Part shown: one piece after another, positions 9,458 to 18,467 of the stretch
How the letters are laid out: each line of letters starts with the position of its first letter
How positions within the stretch are numbered: position 1 is the stretch's first letter
IMG/VR virus record: IMGVR_UViG_3300005399_000003
Source of the DNA: a virus
Lineage: Duplodnaviria; Heunggongvirae; Uroviricota; Caudoviricetes
Direction: 5' to 3' (one strand)
DNA length: 64,000 nucleotides
The notes under the pieces: generated by a model
Seen by the model: only the letters and a program-made list of their open reading frames with translations
Database searches by the model: none
What the model was told of the DNA's origin: nothing
Program-made: the position numbers and the translations under genes

Positions 9458-10338
9458 TGAGAGCCACCTTTATCGCAATCATCGCCGCAGCAGTGGGCTT
9501 CTTTGTCCTTGCAGTGTCCAGCGTCTACATCGTTGACGAGGGCCACGTCGGCGTCGTCACCAAATGGGGCAAGGCTGTCGCACAGGAAGACCCCTCGGGC
9601 ATTCAGTTCCGCAACCCGATCTCCACAGACATCCTTGAATTCGACGTGCGCGAGCGCCGTTTGGGCGAGACGATGGCGGCCGCAACTGCCAATCAGCTGC
9701 CCATCACCGCAGAAGTGACAGCTTCATGGCGCATGGACCCGACACGGGTGCTGGAGATTTACACCAAATACGGCGGCCCTGAGCGCTTTGAATCGACGAT
9801 CATGGCCCCGCGAATGCGGCAGGCGAGCAAGGCGGGCATTGCAGTCTTTCAAGCGTCTGATCTGATCAAGGATCGCACGACTTCGGCAGCTGAGATTATG
9901 ACAAATCTGACTGAGGCGCTGGAAAACTACCCGATCATCCTCGAATCCTTGCAGATCGAACAGGTTGTGCTCCCGCCGCGGTATCTTGAGGCTGTCATGC
10001 TGAAAGAAGAGGCCCGGGAAGCCGCCCAGCAAGAGAAGTATACGCTGGAGAAGCAGAACCTTCAGGCAAAGCAGGGCGTTCAAACAGCCAATGCTGAGCG
10101 TGACGCAACCATCGCCCGTGCTGACGGGGAAGCGTATCGCGTCGAGAAGGAAGCCGAAGCCCGTGCGAAGGCGATCTTAGCTGAGGGCAAAGCGCAGGCG
10201 AACGCCATCAAGGAGATGCAGGCAGCCCTCGCGAACAACCCGCTGGTGATCGACTACGAGAAGGCCCGCCGCTGGAACGGGCAGATGCCAAGCACAGTGC
10301 TCGGCGACGACACCAACATGCTCATGTCGCTGCGGTAA
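9457..10338 (+). CDS. SPFH/band-7 (HflC/stomatin-like) membrane protein
   Basis: N-terminal TM helix followed by YIVDEGHVGVVTKWGK, the SPFH core. The C-terminus is a coiled coil. Confidence 0.8.
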   Translation: MRATFIAIIAAAVGFFVLAVSSVYIVDEGHVGVVTKWGKAVAQEDPSGIQFRNPISTDILEFDVRERRLGETMAAATANQLPITAEVTASWRMDPTRVLEIYTKYGGPERFESTIMAPRMRQASKAGIAVFQASDLIKDRTTSAAEIMTNLTEALENYPIILESLQIEQVVLPPRYLEAVMLKEEAREAAQQEKYTLEKQNLQAKQGVQTANAERDATIARADGEAYRVEKEAEARAKAILAEGKAQANAIKEMQAALANNPLVIDYEKARRWNGQMPSTVLGDDTNMLMSLR

Positions 10339-10374
10339 CGCAGCGACCCACCCCTAAACTCAAGGAGAATACCC

Positions 10375-10881
10375 ATGAGCAAGACGAAAGTACCCACCGT
10401 GAAAATGGCCCTTAATCTGCTGGAGGGCATCGAAGCACCTTCGCGTGGCAGCGAGCGGGCCGCAGCCCTCGATCTTCGCGCCAATGTCGATGGCCCTGTG
10501 CTTGTCCAACCCGGGCAGACAGTGATGATCCCCACAGGCGTTTATCTCGACATGACCGAAGACCCCACTGTCGCCGCCCTTGTGCTGCCCCGATCTGGCC
10601 TTGGCGCCAAGCAGGGCTTGGTGTTGGGCAATGGCACGGGTTTGATCGACAACGACTATCAGGGCGAAATCAAGATCGCGGCTTGGAACCGCAACGCCGT
10701 GACAAGTCCTGTCGGGCTGGGCGCTAAGCGCAACGGCGCGATTGTCATCGAACCCGGCATGCGTCTGGCGCAGATGCTCTTCCTGAACATCGCCTTCCCT
10801 GAGCTGGACATCACTAGCTTTGAAACCTTCGAGAAGACTGAGCGCGGCGAAAGCGGCTTTGGGTCCACGGGCACGGCGTAA
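10375..10881 (+). CDS. dut: dUTP diphosphatase
   Basis: GLIDNDYQGEIKI and a C-terminal ERGESGFGSTG motif. Confidence 0.9.
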   Translation: MSKTKVPTVKMALNLLEGIEAPSRGSERAAALDLRANVDGPVLVQPGQTVMIPTGVYLDMTEDPTVAALVLPRSGLGAKQGLVLGNGTGLIDNDYQGEIKIAAWNRNAVTSPVGLGAKRNGAIVIEPGMRLAQMLFLNIAFPELDITSFETFEKTERGESGFGSTGTA

Positions 10882-10937
10882 CGGCCAGGTACAATGGGCG
10901 CGGGGAAGCTCGCGCCCATTTCAATTCACGGAGAGAC

Positions 10938-11594
10938 ATGATGGCAAACATTGGACTGACAGGGACGCATCGCACGGGCAAGACGACCCTGGCAAAGGCA
11001 TGGGCAGAGCAAGAAGGCGTTCAATACGTCACCCTGTCCGTTACTGAGGTGACGAAAGAAATGGGCATGACAACCCGACAGCTTCGGGACGATGCGGATG
11101 CCCGCTTAGAGCTTCAAAGCGGGCTTGTAGATCGCTGCCGTCAGCGCTTCTTTGAACCCCGTGCAGGGTTCATCTCGGATCGCACGCCCATCGACGTTGC
11201 AGCATACACCATGGCTGATGCAGTTGAAGGCTTTTACAGCGATGCGCAGTGGGACAAGGTGCAGACGATTGTTGCCGATTGCATAGACATCACGAACCAT
11301 GCCTTTCATCATCTGCTGATGCTCGTGCCTGAGAAGAGCATTGGATATGAGACAGGTGAAGGTAAGCCCGCGGCTGACCTTGCCTATCAGCTGCACCACA
11401 GTCTCGTGATTGCCGGGCTGCTGCGTGAGGAGGGGGTGACAGTTCCTGTCCAGCGCATGCGCAAGGGCCGCGCTCTCAAGGTGTCTGAGCGGCTCGCGGT
11501 GCTGAAATACATCTCCGAGAAACTTGTTCATCATCACTTCCGCATGGACGTGGAGAACCTGCGCGCAGCGGGGCATATCACCACCGTTCAATAG
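10938..11594 (+). CDS. P-loop nucleotide kinase, thymidylate/dNMP kinase-like
   Basis: GLTGTHRTGKTT P-loop, and DRTPIDVAAY resembling the TMK DRY..S.AYQ motif. Confidence 0.5.
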   Translation: MMANIGLTGTHRTGKTTLAKAWAEQEGVQYVTLSVTEVTKEMGMTTRQLRDDADARLELQSGLVDRCRQRFFEPRAGFISDRTPIDVAAYTMADAVEGFYSDAQWDKVQTIVADCIDITNHAFHHLLMLVPEKSIGYETGEGKPAADLAYQLHHSLVIAGLLREEGVTVPVQRMRKGRALKVSERLAVLKYISEKLVHHHFRMDVENLRAAGHITTVQ

Positions 11595-11662
11595 GTCACA
11601 TGCGACACTTGCCCGTCCACAAGGGCGGGCGTATCAATTAGTCAGCAATGAATGAGAGACAC

Positions 11663-11956
11663 ATGAGCAACAGCGTTCACGCAGTTCCTGATCCCAGCGA
11701 AGAGCTTGCCCGGAAGAGCAACGCAACGCTGGTGATGATCTTGGAGAAGATCGAGAGCACGGAGTGGTCTTATCAGCGCGGGGTTGATGCCCTCGATGTC
11801 CTTTGGGGCGTCTGCTCGGGCCTCGTTGATCGTGATCTGATGGACACGATCACGGCGACCCACACGCATTGCACCGCAGAGATCAAGGCAGGGCGAGAGT
11901 TTCACGGGGAACGCGCGTCTACACCACACGATCAAGATGAAATGGGAACTTGGTAA
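11663..11956 (+). CDS. hypothetical protein
   Basis: ORF with an upstream GAGAGA; TAATG junction downstream. Confidence 0.45.
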   Translation: MSNSVHAVPDPSEELARKSNATLVMILEKIESTEWSYQRGVDALDVLWGVCSGLVDRDLMDTITATHTHCTAEIKAGREFHGERASTPHDQDEMGTW

Positions 11957-12129
11957 TGAGCATCATTATGGCAACACGCTTTTCGAGCGAGGGCGGTGAT
12001 TCAGTCGCGATGAACGTCCCCGCGGATGTGCCATTCGCAAACATCGTCCATGCAATCCCTGTCCCGACACACGGGCTGGCGATTGTCATGGGCATGAAGT
12101 TTATCGCTCAGAAGGAGGCGGCAGCGTAA
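11956..12129 (+). CDS. hypothetical small protein (57 aa)
   Basis: TAATG overlaps at both ends. Confidence 0.35.
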   Translation: MSIIMATRFSSEGGDSVAMNVPADVPFANIVHAIPVPTHGLAIVMGMKFIAQKEAAA

Positions 12130-12704
12130 TGGCGACGTTTCTTTCCGCACTCGACTTCGAGACCACGGGTCTCGATTACATGAAGGGTGAGCGCATCATC
12201 GAGGCATGCGTTCAGGTCTGGCGGCTGGAAGATCGCAAGAAGGTCATCGACTGGACACAGCTGATCAACCCGCAAGGTCAGCGCATCAACCCACGCGCTC
12301 AGAAGGTGCATGGCATCTCTGCTGCTGATCTGATCGGCAAGCCCGTCTTCAAAGAGGTCGCGCCCAAGATCACGGCGATGCTCGGGCGCAGCAAAGCGGT
12401 TGTCACCCACAACGGCGAGTTCTTCGACCTTCCCTTTCTCGCCTATGAGCTGAGCAAGGTCGATGTCCCTTTGCCCAAGGGGCTTGAGTCCTTTGACACT
12501 ATGACTGGAGGAATGTTTGCGAGTTACGATCAAAAACCCCCGAGCCTCGGTGAACTGTGCTGGGCAATGGGGGTGAAGTACGACCCCGAGCAGGCACACG
12601 GAGCGTCATACGATGTTTCGATTATGATGGAGGCATTCTTTGCTGGTGTTGATTTGGGGTATTTCAATATCGACCATCTTCTCGAATCTTCTGTGGCTGC
12701 ATGA
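12129..12704 (+). CDS. DnaQ-like 3'-5' exonuclease (DEDDh)
   Basis: LDFETTGL (ExoI), HNGEFFDLPFL (ExoII) and HGASYD (ExoIII). Confidence 0.8.
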   Translation: MATFLSALDFETTGLDYMKGERIIEACVQVWRLEDRKKVIDWTQLINPQGQRINPRAQKVHGISAADLIGKPVFKEVAPKITAMLGRSKAVVTHNGEFFDLPFLAYELSKVDVPLPKGLESFDTMTGGMFASYDQKPPSLGELCWAMGVKYDPEQAHGASYDVSIMMEAFFAGVDLGYFNIDHLLESSVAA

Positions 12705-12773
12705 GAAAGTCAAAGATGACTTATTGGAGCTTAGAAAACATGCTATCATGTAACTCTAATCAAAGGAGCGCGC

Positions 12774-13376
12774 ATGATGGCTGATGTGGGTCAGAAGTTC
12801 GGAAAGCTGACGGTGATTCAAAAGCTGCCGAAAGGGGTAAATCTTTGCCGCTGCGAGTGTGGCAGTGAAACGAAGGTTTCCAATACACGACTGCCGAAGT
12901 CGACGGGATGTCGGGAATGTAATCTTGAGCGCCTGCGTAGCGAAAAGTGGAGCGACGATCCGGCATACAAATGCTGGGCCAGTATGAAAACGCGCTGCCT
13001 GAATAGAAACCACAAGCATTACGACAGATACGGCGGGCGCGGAATTAAAGTCTGCGACCGATGGGTCGAGAGCTTCCAAAGCTTTCTTGAGGACATGGGT
13101 GAAAGACCCTCGCCCAATCACACCATTGAGCGGATCAACCACGACGGAGACTACGAACCGTCAAACTGCAAGTGGATGCTGCGACGCTATCAGAACGACA
13201 ACACCTCTCGAACGCGAGACGTTTCGGTGGATGGGATGTCCTTCAAGACGCTCAGCAAGGCGGCGACCCATTTCGGCATCCCCTACAAGACCGTCTACGC
13301 CCGGGTGGCGACGCTCGGTTGGGACATGAAAAAGGCACTGACGACGCCCGTGGCGGGCAGAAAGGAAGTAACATGA
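12774..13376 (+). CDS. HNH homing endonuclease
   Basis: Cys-rich N-terminus, YGGRGIKVC, INHDGDYEPSNCKWM HNH-like motif. Confidence 0.7.
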   Translation: MMADVGQKFGKLTVIQKLPKGVNLCRCECGSETKVSNTRLPKSTGCRECNLERLRSEKWSDDPAYKCWASMKTRCLNRNHKHYDRYGGRGIKVCDRWVESFQSFLEDMGERPSPNHTIERINHDGDYEPSNCKWMLRRYQNDNTSRTRDVSVDGMSFKTLSKAATHFGIPYKTVYARVATLGWDMKKALTTPVAGRKEVT

Positions 13377-13663
13377 AAAGCATCTCCAACAAACTCAACT
13401 GGCTGATGCCGGGCGTTCAGCATGTCGCGCGCATCAAGGATGATCGGGTGAACCCCAATCGTCTTGAAAGCATGTGGCTTGGGTTCTCAGCGGGGGTGGC
13501 TGAGCTGCCCGTTCTGCTGATGATGCACATCGTCATGTTTCTCTACGCTATTGCTATCGCGCTCTGTACCTTCATCGCGACGATCGGCATGTCATTCGCC
13601 TTTGTGGGTGCGAGCCTTGTCTTGGGCGTGAAGGGCAAGATGGAGCGTCGGGACCATGAGTGA
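13373..13663 (+). CDS. membrane protein
   Basis: AAAGGAAG RBS. ATGA overlap. Two to three TM helices. Confidence 0.55.
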   Translation: MKSISNKLNWLMPGVQHVARIKDDRVNPNRLESMWLGFSAGVAELPVLLMMHIVMFLYAIAIALCTFIATIGMSFAFVGASLVLGVKGKMERRDHE

Positions 13664-13916
13664 GAAGATTCACATCGACAGCCTCGAAGGGCAGCGGCAC
13701 GAGGCGTATCGCCGCTCTCGGGATCACAAGGTCAAAATCCCCTACCGCAATGAAGACGGCGAAGAGCGGGTCGTGCGCTACAGTCGCCCGCTGACCTCGG
13801 GAAACACGATGGAAGGGCTGGATGATGTCACAGGGCATCACATGCCCGGCTATTGGTACGACGCCCCGGCAGAGGGCGGCCCCGGCATTCGGTTCACTGA
13901 CGAGGAGACGACATGA
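13656..13916 (+). CDS. hypothetical protein
   Basis: ORF overlapping its neighbours by a few nt. Confidence 0.45.
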   Translation: MSEKIHIDSLEGQRHEAYRRSRDHKVKIPYRNEDGEERVVRYSRPLTSGNTMEGLDDVTGHHMPGYWYDAPAEGGPGIRFTDEETT

Positions 13917-14185
13917 TCATCTGCACCAGCAAAGAAAGCCGCGAGAGACTGCGCGCCGAGAAGCGCGACGAGGCTCTGATGGACAGGCGCAAGAAGATGA
14001 TCGTAAAGGCACAGTCGCGCAAGGTCTTCTTGTGGCTGCCGCGTCGTCTCTACAACGGCGACATTGTTTGGCTGCGCAAAGTATGGCGCCGGGGCCTGCT
14101 GACAGGGTGCGGCAAAATCAGCTTCTACTACGGCATTCGGTACGACGATCTGCCAGGGCGCGAAGAGCCTCTCCCCTCACCATAA
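13913..14185 (+). CDS. hypothetical protein
   Basis: ATGA overlap; the product is basic. Confidence 0.45.
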   Translation: MIICTSKESRERLRAEKRDEALMDRRKKMIVKAQSRKVFLWLPRRLYNGDIVWLRKVWRRGLLTGCGKISFYYGIRYDDLPGREEPLPSP

Positions 14186-14208
14186 GACGAGAAAGAACAG
14201 GAAAACAC

Positions 14209-14709
14209 ATGCTAAAGACACCACCAAAACGAGCAGGGCGCGACCCGATCTTGAACGTGCTGACAAGCCTCAGTCACGGCAAGACCTATGATGGGCTGGA
14301 TGAAGGCTACGCAAGCCTTTCGCACTGGAATCCTGAGTTTGAATACTCCTTCGACAAGTCGTTTGAGCCAATCGACTTCATGAAGCCTGAATACGCTGTC
14401 GAGGGCCGTACATGCGAATGGACGGGCGAGCAGATGTTCCTCAGTGACTACGGGGTGATCGACACCATCGAGCAGTTCGACGAGATGTTCGGCGAAGCGC
14501 TGCGGAATGACGAGCGCACTTTCTTTGTGACATTCGTGGAGATTGCCCGCAAAGATCAACCCGCAAGCGGCGGGTGGCGCTACCACAAGTGGGGTCCATA
14601 CTTCGGCACACAGAACCCGAAGCATGAGTACATCTACCACGATACGCATATCGACCGGGTGTTCACCTTCAGCATTCATCTGATCGAAGCAGAGCAGGTG
14701 ACGGCATGA
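14209..14709 (+). CDS. hypothetical protein
   Basis: ATG 14209 after GAAAGAACAGGAAAAC. Overlaps the RtcB start. Confidence 0.5.
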   Translation: MLKTPPKRAGRDPILNVLTSLSHGKTYDGLDEGYASLSHWNPEFEYSFDKSFEPIDFMKPEYAVEGRTCEWTGEQMFLSDYGVIDTIEQFDEMFGEALRNDERTFFVTFVEIARKDQPASGGWRYHKWGPYFGTQNPKHEYIYHDTHIDRVFTFSIHLIEAEQVTA

Positions 14710-16058
14710 GCGAGATTGAATCCCTCTACAGCGGCAACGACCTCATTCGCTGGGGTCTGAAGCCTGGGGCTTGGTTCAAGGACGCGATCGTCAAGGCGAA
14801 TGCGCTTTGGGATGCGGGCTACTCGGAAGACGAAATCAAGGTGCTCGTCTCGAAAGACGAGCCCACCTTCCTCGAAATGCGAAAGCCCGAGAATGGCTCG
14901 GCGTTCAGTGTCTTCCTTGAGCCTGAGAACGACATTGAGCAGGCTAATCGGGATCAGGTCGTAGAGGCCATGCGCGAAATCATGCGCGTGCCTGTCGTCA
15001 CGGGCGGCGCGGTGATGCCTGACGCTTGCCCTGCCGGCACGATCCCGGTGGGCGGCGTCGTCGAGTCGAGTGCCATTCACCCGAGCTATCACAGCGCCGA
15101 TGTGTGCTGCTCGATGGCGATGACGGTGATTAAGGAAGACGTCGATCAGATGGAGCTGCTGGACAAGATCCAGGAGCTGACCCACTTCGGCCCAACCAAG
15201 CGGGAGACGCGCCCTGTCGAGTTACCGGAAGGGTTCACTGACGGGTGGGGCGATAACATCTTCCTGACGGGTCTCGAAGACGTGGCGCGCAATCACTTCA
15301 CCACGCAGGGTGATGGCAATCACTTCTACTTCGTGGGGCGCTCGGAGGTGACAGGCGATGTGTGCATGGTCTCGCATCACGGCAGCCGCGGCTTCGGGGC
15401 GCAGGTCTACAAGCGCGGTAAGCAGGCTGCCGAAAAGCACACGCGCAACGTGGCGCCAAAAGTGCCTAAGCAACATGCCTGGATTTCGCCCGATGATCAC
15501 GGGCATCTGTATTGGGAAGCGCTGCGCGTTGTGCGTGAATGGACGAAGCTCAACCACTTCATGCTGCATGACGAAATCCTGCGGCAGATGAATGCGACAG
15601 CCGATTGTCAAACGTGGAACCCGCATAACTTCGTCTTTGAGCGGAACGGCATGTTCTATCATGCCAAGGGGGCGACGCCCTCCTTCTTTACTGGCTTCGA
15701 CGACGATGACGGCATGACCTTAATCCCCATGAACATGGCAGAGCCCATTCTGGTCACGTTCCATGAAGACAACCCGCATGCTCTCGGCTTCGCGCCACAT
15801 GGGGCAGGGCGGAACATGAGCCGCACAGCTTTCCTCAAAGAGCATGCGCCCGAGGCTCCTGCTGACATTGACGTGCGGTTCTGGTGCGGGATCGAGGACA
15901 AGAGTGAGCTGCCGCAAGCCTATAAGTCTGCGGCGCAGGTCACGAAAGCGATCAGCGAACACGAGCTAGCCCACATCGTTGACCGCATCATTCCTTATGG
16001 CTCGATCATGGCGGGCGATTGGGAGAGCGAAGCCCCGTGGCGCAAGAAGCGCAAGTAA
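14706..16058 (+). CDS. rtcB: RtcB-family 3'-phosphate/5'-hydroxyl RNA ligase
   Basis: MPDACPAG, GDGNHFYF, HHGSRGFG and PHGAGRNMSRT match RtcB metal- and GTP-binding motifs. Confidence 0.8.
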   Translation: MSEIESLYSGNDLIRWGLKPGAWFKDAIVKANALWDAGYSEDEIKVLVSKDEPTFLEMRKPENGSAFSVFLEPENDIEQANRDQVVEAMREIMRVPVVTGGAVMPDACPAGTIPVGGVVESSAIHPSYHSADVCCSMAMTVIKEDVDQMELLDKIQELTHFGPTKRETRPVELPEGFTDGWGDNIFLTGLEDVARNHFTTQGDGNHFYFVGRSEVTGDVCMVSHHGSRGFGAQVYKRGKQAAEKHTRNVAPKVPKQHAWISPDDHGHLYWEALRVVREWTKLNHFMLHDEILRQMNATADCQTWNPHNFVFERNGMFYHAKGATPSFFTGFDDDDGMTLIPMNMAEPILVTFHEDNPHALGFAPHGAGRNMSRTAFLKEHAPEAPADIDVRFWCGIEDKSELPQAYKSAAQVTKAISEHELAHIVDRIIPYGSIMAGDWESEAPWRKKRK

Positions 16059-16147
16059 CAGGCCCGATCATAAGATTGCCCGTCCAGATATGGGCGGGCA
16101 TCAAGTCATTACTGACAGAGCAATGACGCAAACGAAAGGGAAACCCC

Positions 16148-16555
16148 ATGCCGAAGATTACACAGATCAATCGCCCGATGGCTCAGCAGCTTGCAAAGCG
16201 GATCAAGGAAAAGCTGCAAGAGCTGGACGAAGAGTTCGGCTACGACATCAGCTTTGACATTGACCCTCACTGGCGGTTCAGCTCGTCGAGCCTATCGGTA
16301 GCCGTCAAGGCATCGCTCGACGTGCCGACAGAAGAGACCTCCGAGGGTCGCACCTTCGCACTGCTTGCGCCCCGCTATGACTTACAGCCTGACTTGCTCG
16401 GCAAGACATTCTGGATGGGTAACTATGAGTACCGCATCACAGGCCTCAAGCCATCGCGCCCAAAGTATCCCGTAAGCGCCGAGCGAGTGCGTGACGGACG
16501 CGGCTACAAGTTCACCGTCGATCAGATTAAGATGGGAATGCGCATCGGGGCCTAA
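16148..16555 (+). CDS. hypothetical protein
   Basis: GAAAGGGAAACCCCATG translation-initiation motif. Confidence 0.5.
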   Translation: MPKITQINRPMAQQLAKRIKEKLQELDEEFGYDISFDIDPHWRFSSSSLSVAVKASLDVPTEETSEGRTFALLAPRYDLQPDLLGKTFWMGNYEYRITGLKPSRPKYPVSAERVRDGRGYKFTVDQIKMGMRIGA

Positions 16556-16636
16556 GCCCCACAACAGTTGCGATAAAGGGCGGCGCATGTCGTGCCGCCC
16601 TTTGTGGTGACAGTAGAAATCAGGAGTTGATTGACC

Positions 16637-17020
16637 ATGCAAAAACTAGAAGTCGGACAAATCGGGGAAGTAGCCGCCCTCACAACGACCAAAGGGCAGG
16701 AGCCGTTTGTGTTCAAGGGGGAGCTGATGGCGTGGTCGTCTAAGCGCACTGACGGCCGCCTTGGGGATGCTTCGCCCATCGCCATTCTGCGCCTCTACAA
16801 GAACGTCTCCGGGCGCGTGAAGCCGTCCCGGCGGTTCATCATCGCTTTCGAGAAGATCGAGGCTGATGGTTCGCTGATTACCGCATCATATCGCAGCTAC
16901 ACGGGCCTGCAAAAGATGGCTGAGAAAAGCCCCGTGGATAAGATGCATCGCCGCATCTGCGAGCTTGTCGGCGTGCGTGAGTATATGAGCGATATGAAGC
17001 CCACAGAAGTAGGCGGGTAG
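16637..17020 (+). CDS. hypothetical protein
   Basis: AGGAG RBS 10 nt upstream of ATG 16637. Confidence 0.5.
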   Translation: MQKLEVGQIGEVAALTTTKGQEPFVFKGELMAWSSKRTDGRLGDASPIAILRLYKNVSGRVKPSRRFIIAFEKIEADGSLITASYRSYTGLQKMAEKSPVDKMHRRICELVGVREYMSDMKPTEVGG

Positions 17021-17134
17021 CGGGTAGCCCGTGGCGACACTTTAGGGCCGACCCGCCACAATGAGGGGTGCATAAAGACTACAGCGAGGGGCAAACGCCC
17101 CAGCGATTGAAACGAGAGAAAGAGAGACGAGAAC

Positions 17135-18004
17135 ATGGCACGCAAGCGTAACAAGATGACAAAGAGCGACGACAAAGTGGAAGTTGGCAGCGAAGTTCTG
17201 ACCAGCGATGCTGATCTGGCAGCGATCGAAGCCCTGCTCGATGGCGACGCAGAAGTGGTGCTCGACAGCCCCGAGCCTGACGCTGAACCCGTCGAAGCTG
17301 AGGCAGCGAAAGACGAGAGCGCCGGGGATGACGCAGCTCTGATGGACGAAGCCCTCGCGGCGATCGAAGCTGAGCCCGCCCCTGCGGTCGTGAGCGACGA
17401 AGATGTCGCCGATGACGTTGCCGAAGCCCTTGCGGGTGAAGAGGCGAAGAGCGAAGCCTACGCTGACCAGAAGAGCGACATCGACATCAAAGAGGATGCC
17501 GTCGAAGCCGCGCCCGAGACGAAGGCTGAGGCGAAGACAGAGACGAAGACAGAGACGAAGGCGCCCAAGAAGCCCGCATCGCCGAAGCTGGGCTTTGAAG
17601 AGACGATCCGTCTCATGCACGCCAATGACCCGATCACGCTGGACAGCGAAGAGGGTCCGCTGAATGACGATGGCATCGCTGCGCTGATCGCCGATGTCTA
17701 TCAGGTCAAAGTGCGCGAGAAGGTGACGAATCTGCTCAACGGCGTGCTGAAAGACGCAGGCATCAGCAAATACACGGTGATCGCCCTGGAAGTGCTCAAG
17801 AAGGCGTATCACGAAGACACGGTCGTGACAGCGGCTGACATCAAGAAGGCGTATGAGGCGCACGGGTACAAGTCGGGCACGGTCAACGCGCAGCAGGGGC
17901 AGATGATGGTTCTATTCTCAGCCCTCGGGATGGCAAAGCGGGTTGATCGCGGCACCCTCAAGCCGAACCCGAACAGTGTCCTGCTCGACGCGCTTTGCGC
18001 TTGA
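17135..18004 (+). CDS. protein with long acidic disordered N-terminus (D/E/A-rich) and folded C-terminal domain
   Basis: Composition: the first ~140 aa have net charge strongly negative, then TETKTETK repeats, then a lysine-rich alpha-helical domain. Confidence 0.55.
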   Translation: MARKRNKMTKSDDKVEVGSEVLTSDADLAAIEALLDGDAEVVLDSPEPDAEPVEAEAAKDESAGDDAALMDEALAAIEAEPAPAVVSDEDVADDVAEALAGEEAKSEAYADQKSDIDIKEDAVEAAPETKAEAKTETKTETKAPKKPASPKLGFEETIRLMHANDPITLDSEEGPLNDDGIAALIADVYQVKVREKVTNLLNGVLKDAGISKYTVIALEVLKKAYHEDTVVTAADIKKAYEAHGYKSGTVNAQQGQMMVLFSALGMAKRVDRGTLKPNPNSVLLDALCA

Positions 18005-18028
18005 TCGAACAAGTCAGGCGTGAATAAA

Positions 18029-18056
18029 GGGGTGCCCACCGGGCGCCCCATTTTCG
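18029..18056 (+). terminator. rho-independent terminator
   Basis: GGGGTGCCC-ACCG-GGCGCCCC followed by ATTTTCG. Confidence 0.55.
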
Positions 18057-18077
18057 TATCAGCAACAGGAGAAGACC

Positions 18078-18278
18078 ATGAAGATCAGCGAAGCCATCAA
18101 GACGTTGCAGGAAATCCAAGAGAAGTTCGGCGACATCGCCATCACGGGCGGGCGTATGTGCGATGACGTGCCTCTATATGGGATTACCGTCACTGATGTT
18201 AAGGGGATGGAGGTTTGGCCCACTGACCCCAACAGGGTGGCGGGCAAGAATGACATCGACGGGGTGTTTCTTGAGTGA
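18078..18278 (+). CDS. hypothetical small protein
   Basis: GGAGAAGACC RBS. Confidence 0.45.
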   Translation: MKISEAIKTLQEIQEKFGDIAITGGRMCDDVPLYGITVTDVKGMEVWPTDPNRVAGKNDIDGVFLE

Positions 18279-18467
18279 CCCAAGGCGTCTGAGAGACGCG
18301 CTGTGAGCGGGTCTACAGCGGCTGGACGCCCCTTCGATGGGTGAGGGGTGCCCGAAACCCTAGCGCCCTTCTGCGGGGCGCTAATTCAGCCCGATAGGCG
18401 GGTCTCGGGCATTGCGTCACCACTGACTTACATTCATAAATGACGGGTAAAGCGAGAGGGAAAGAGA

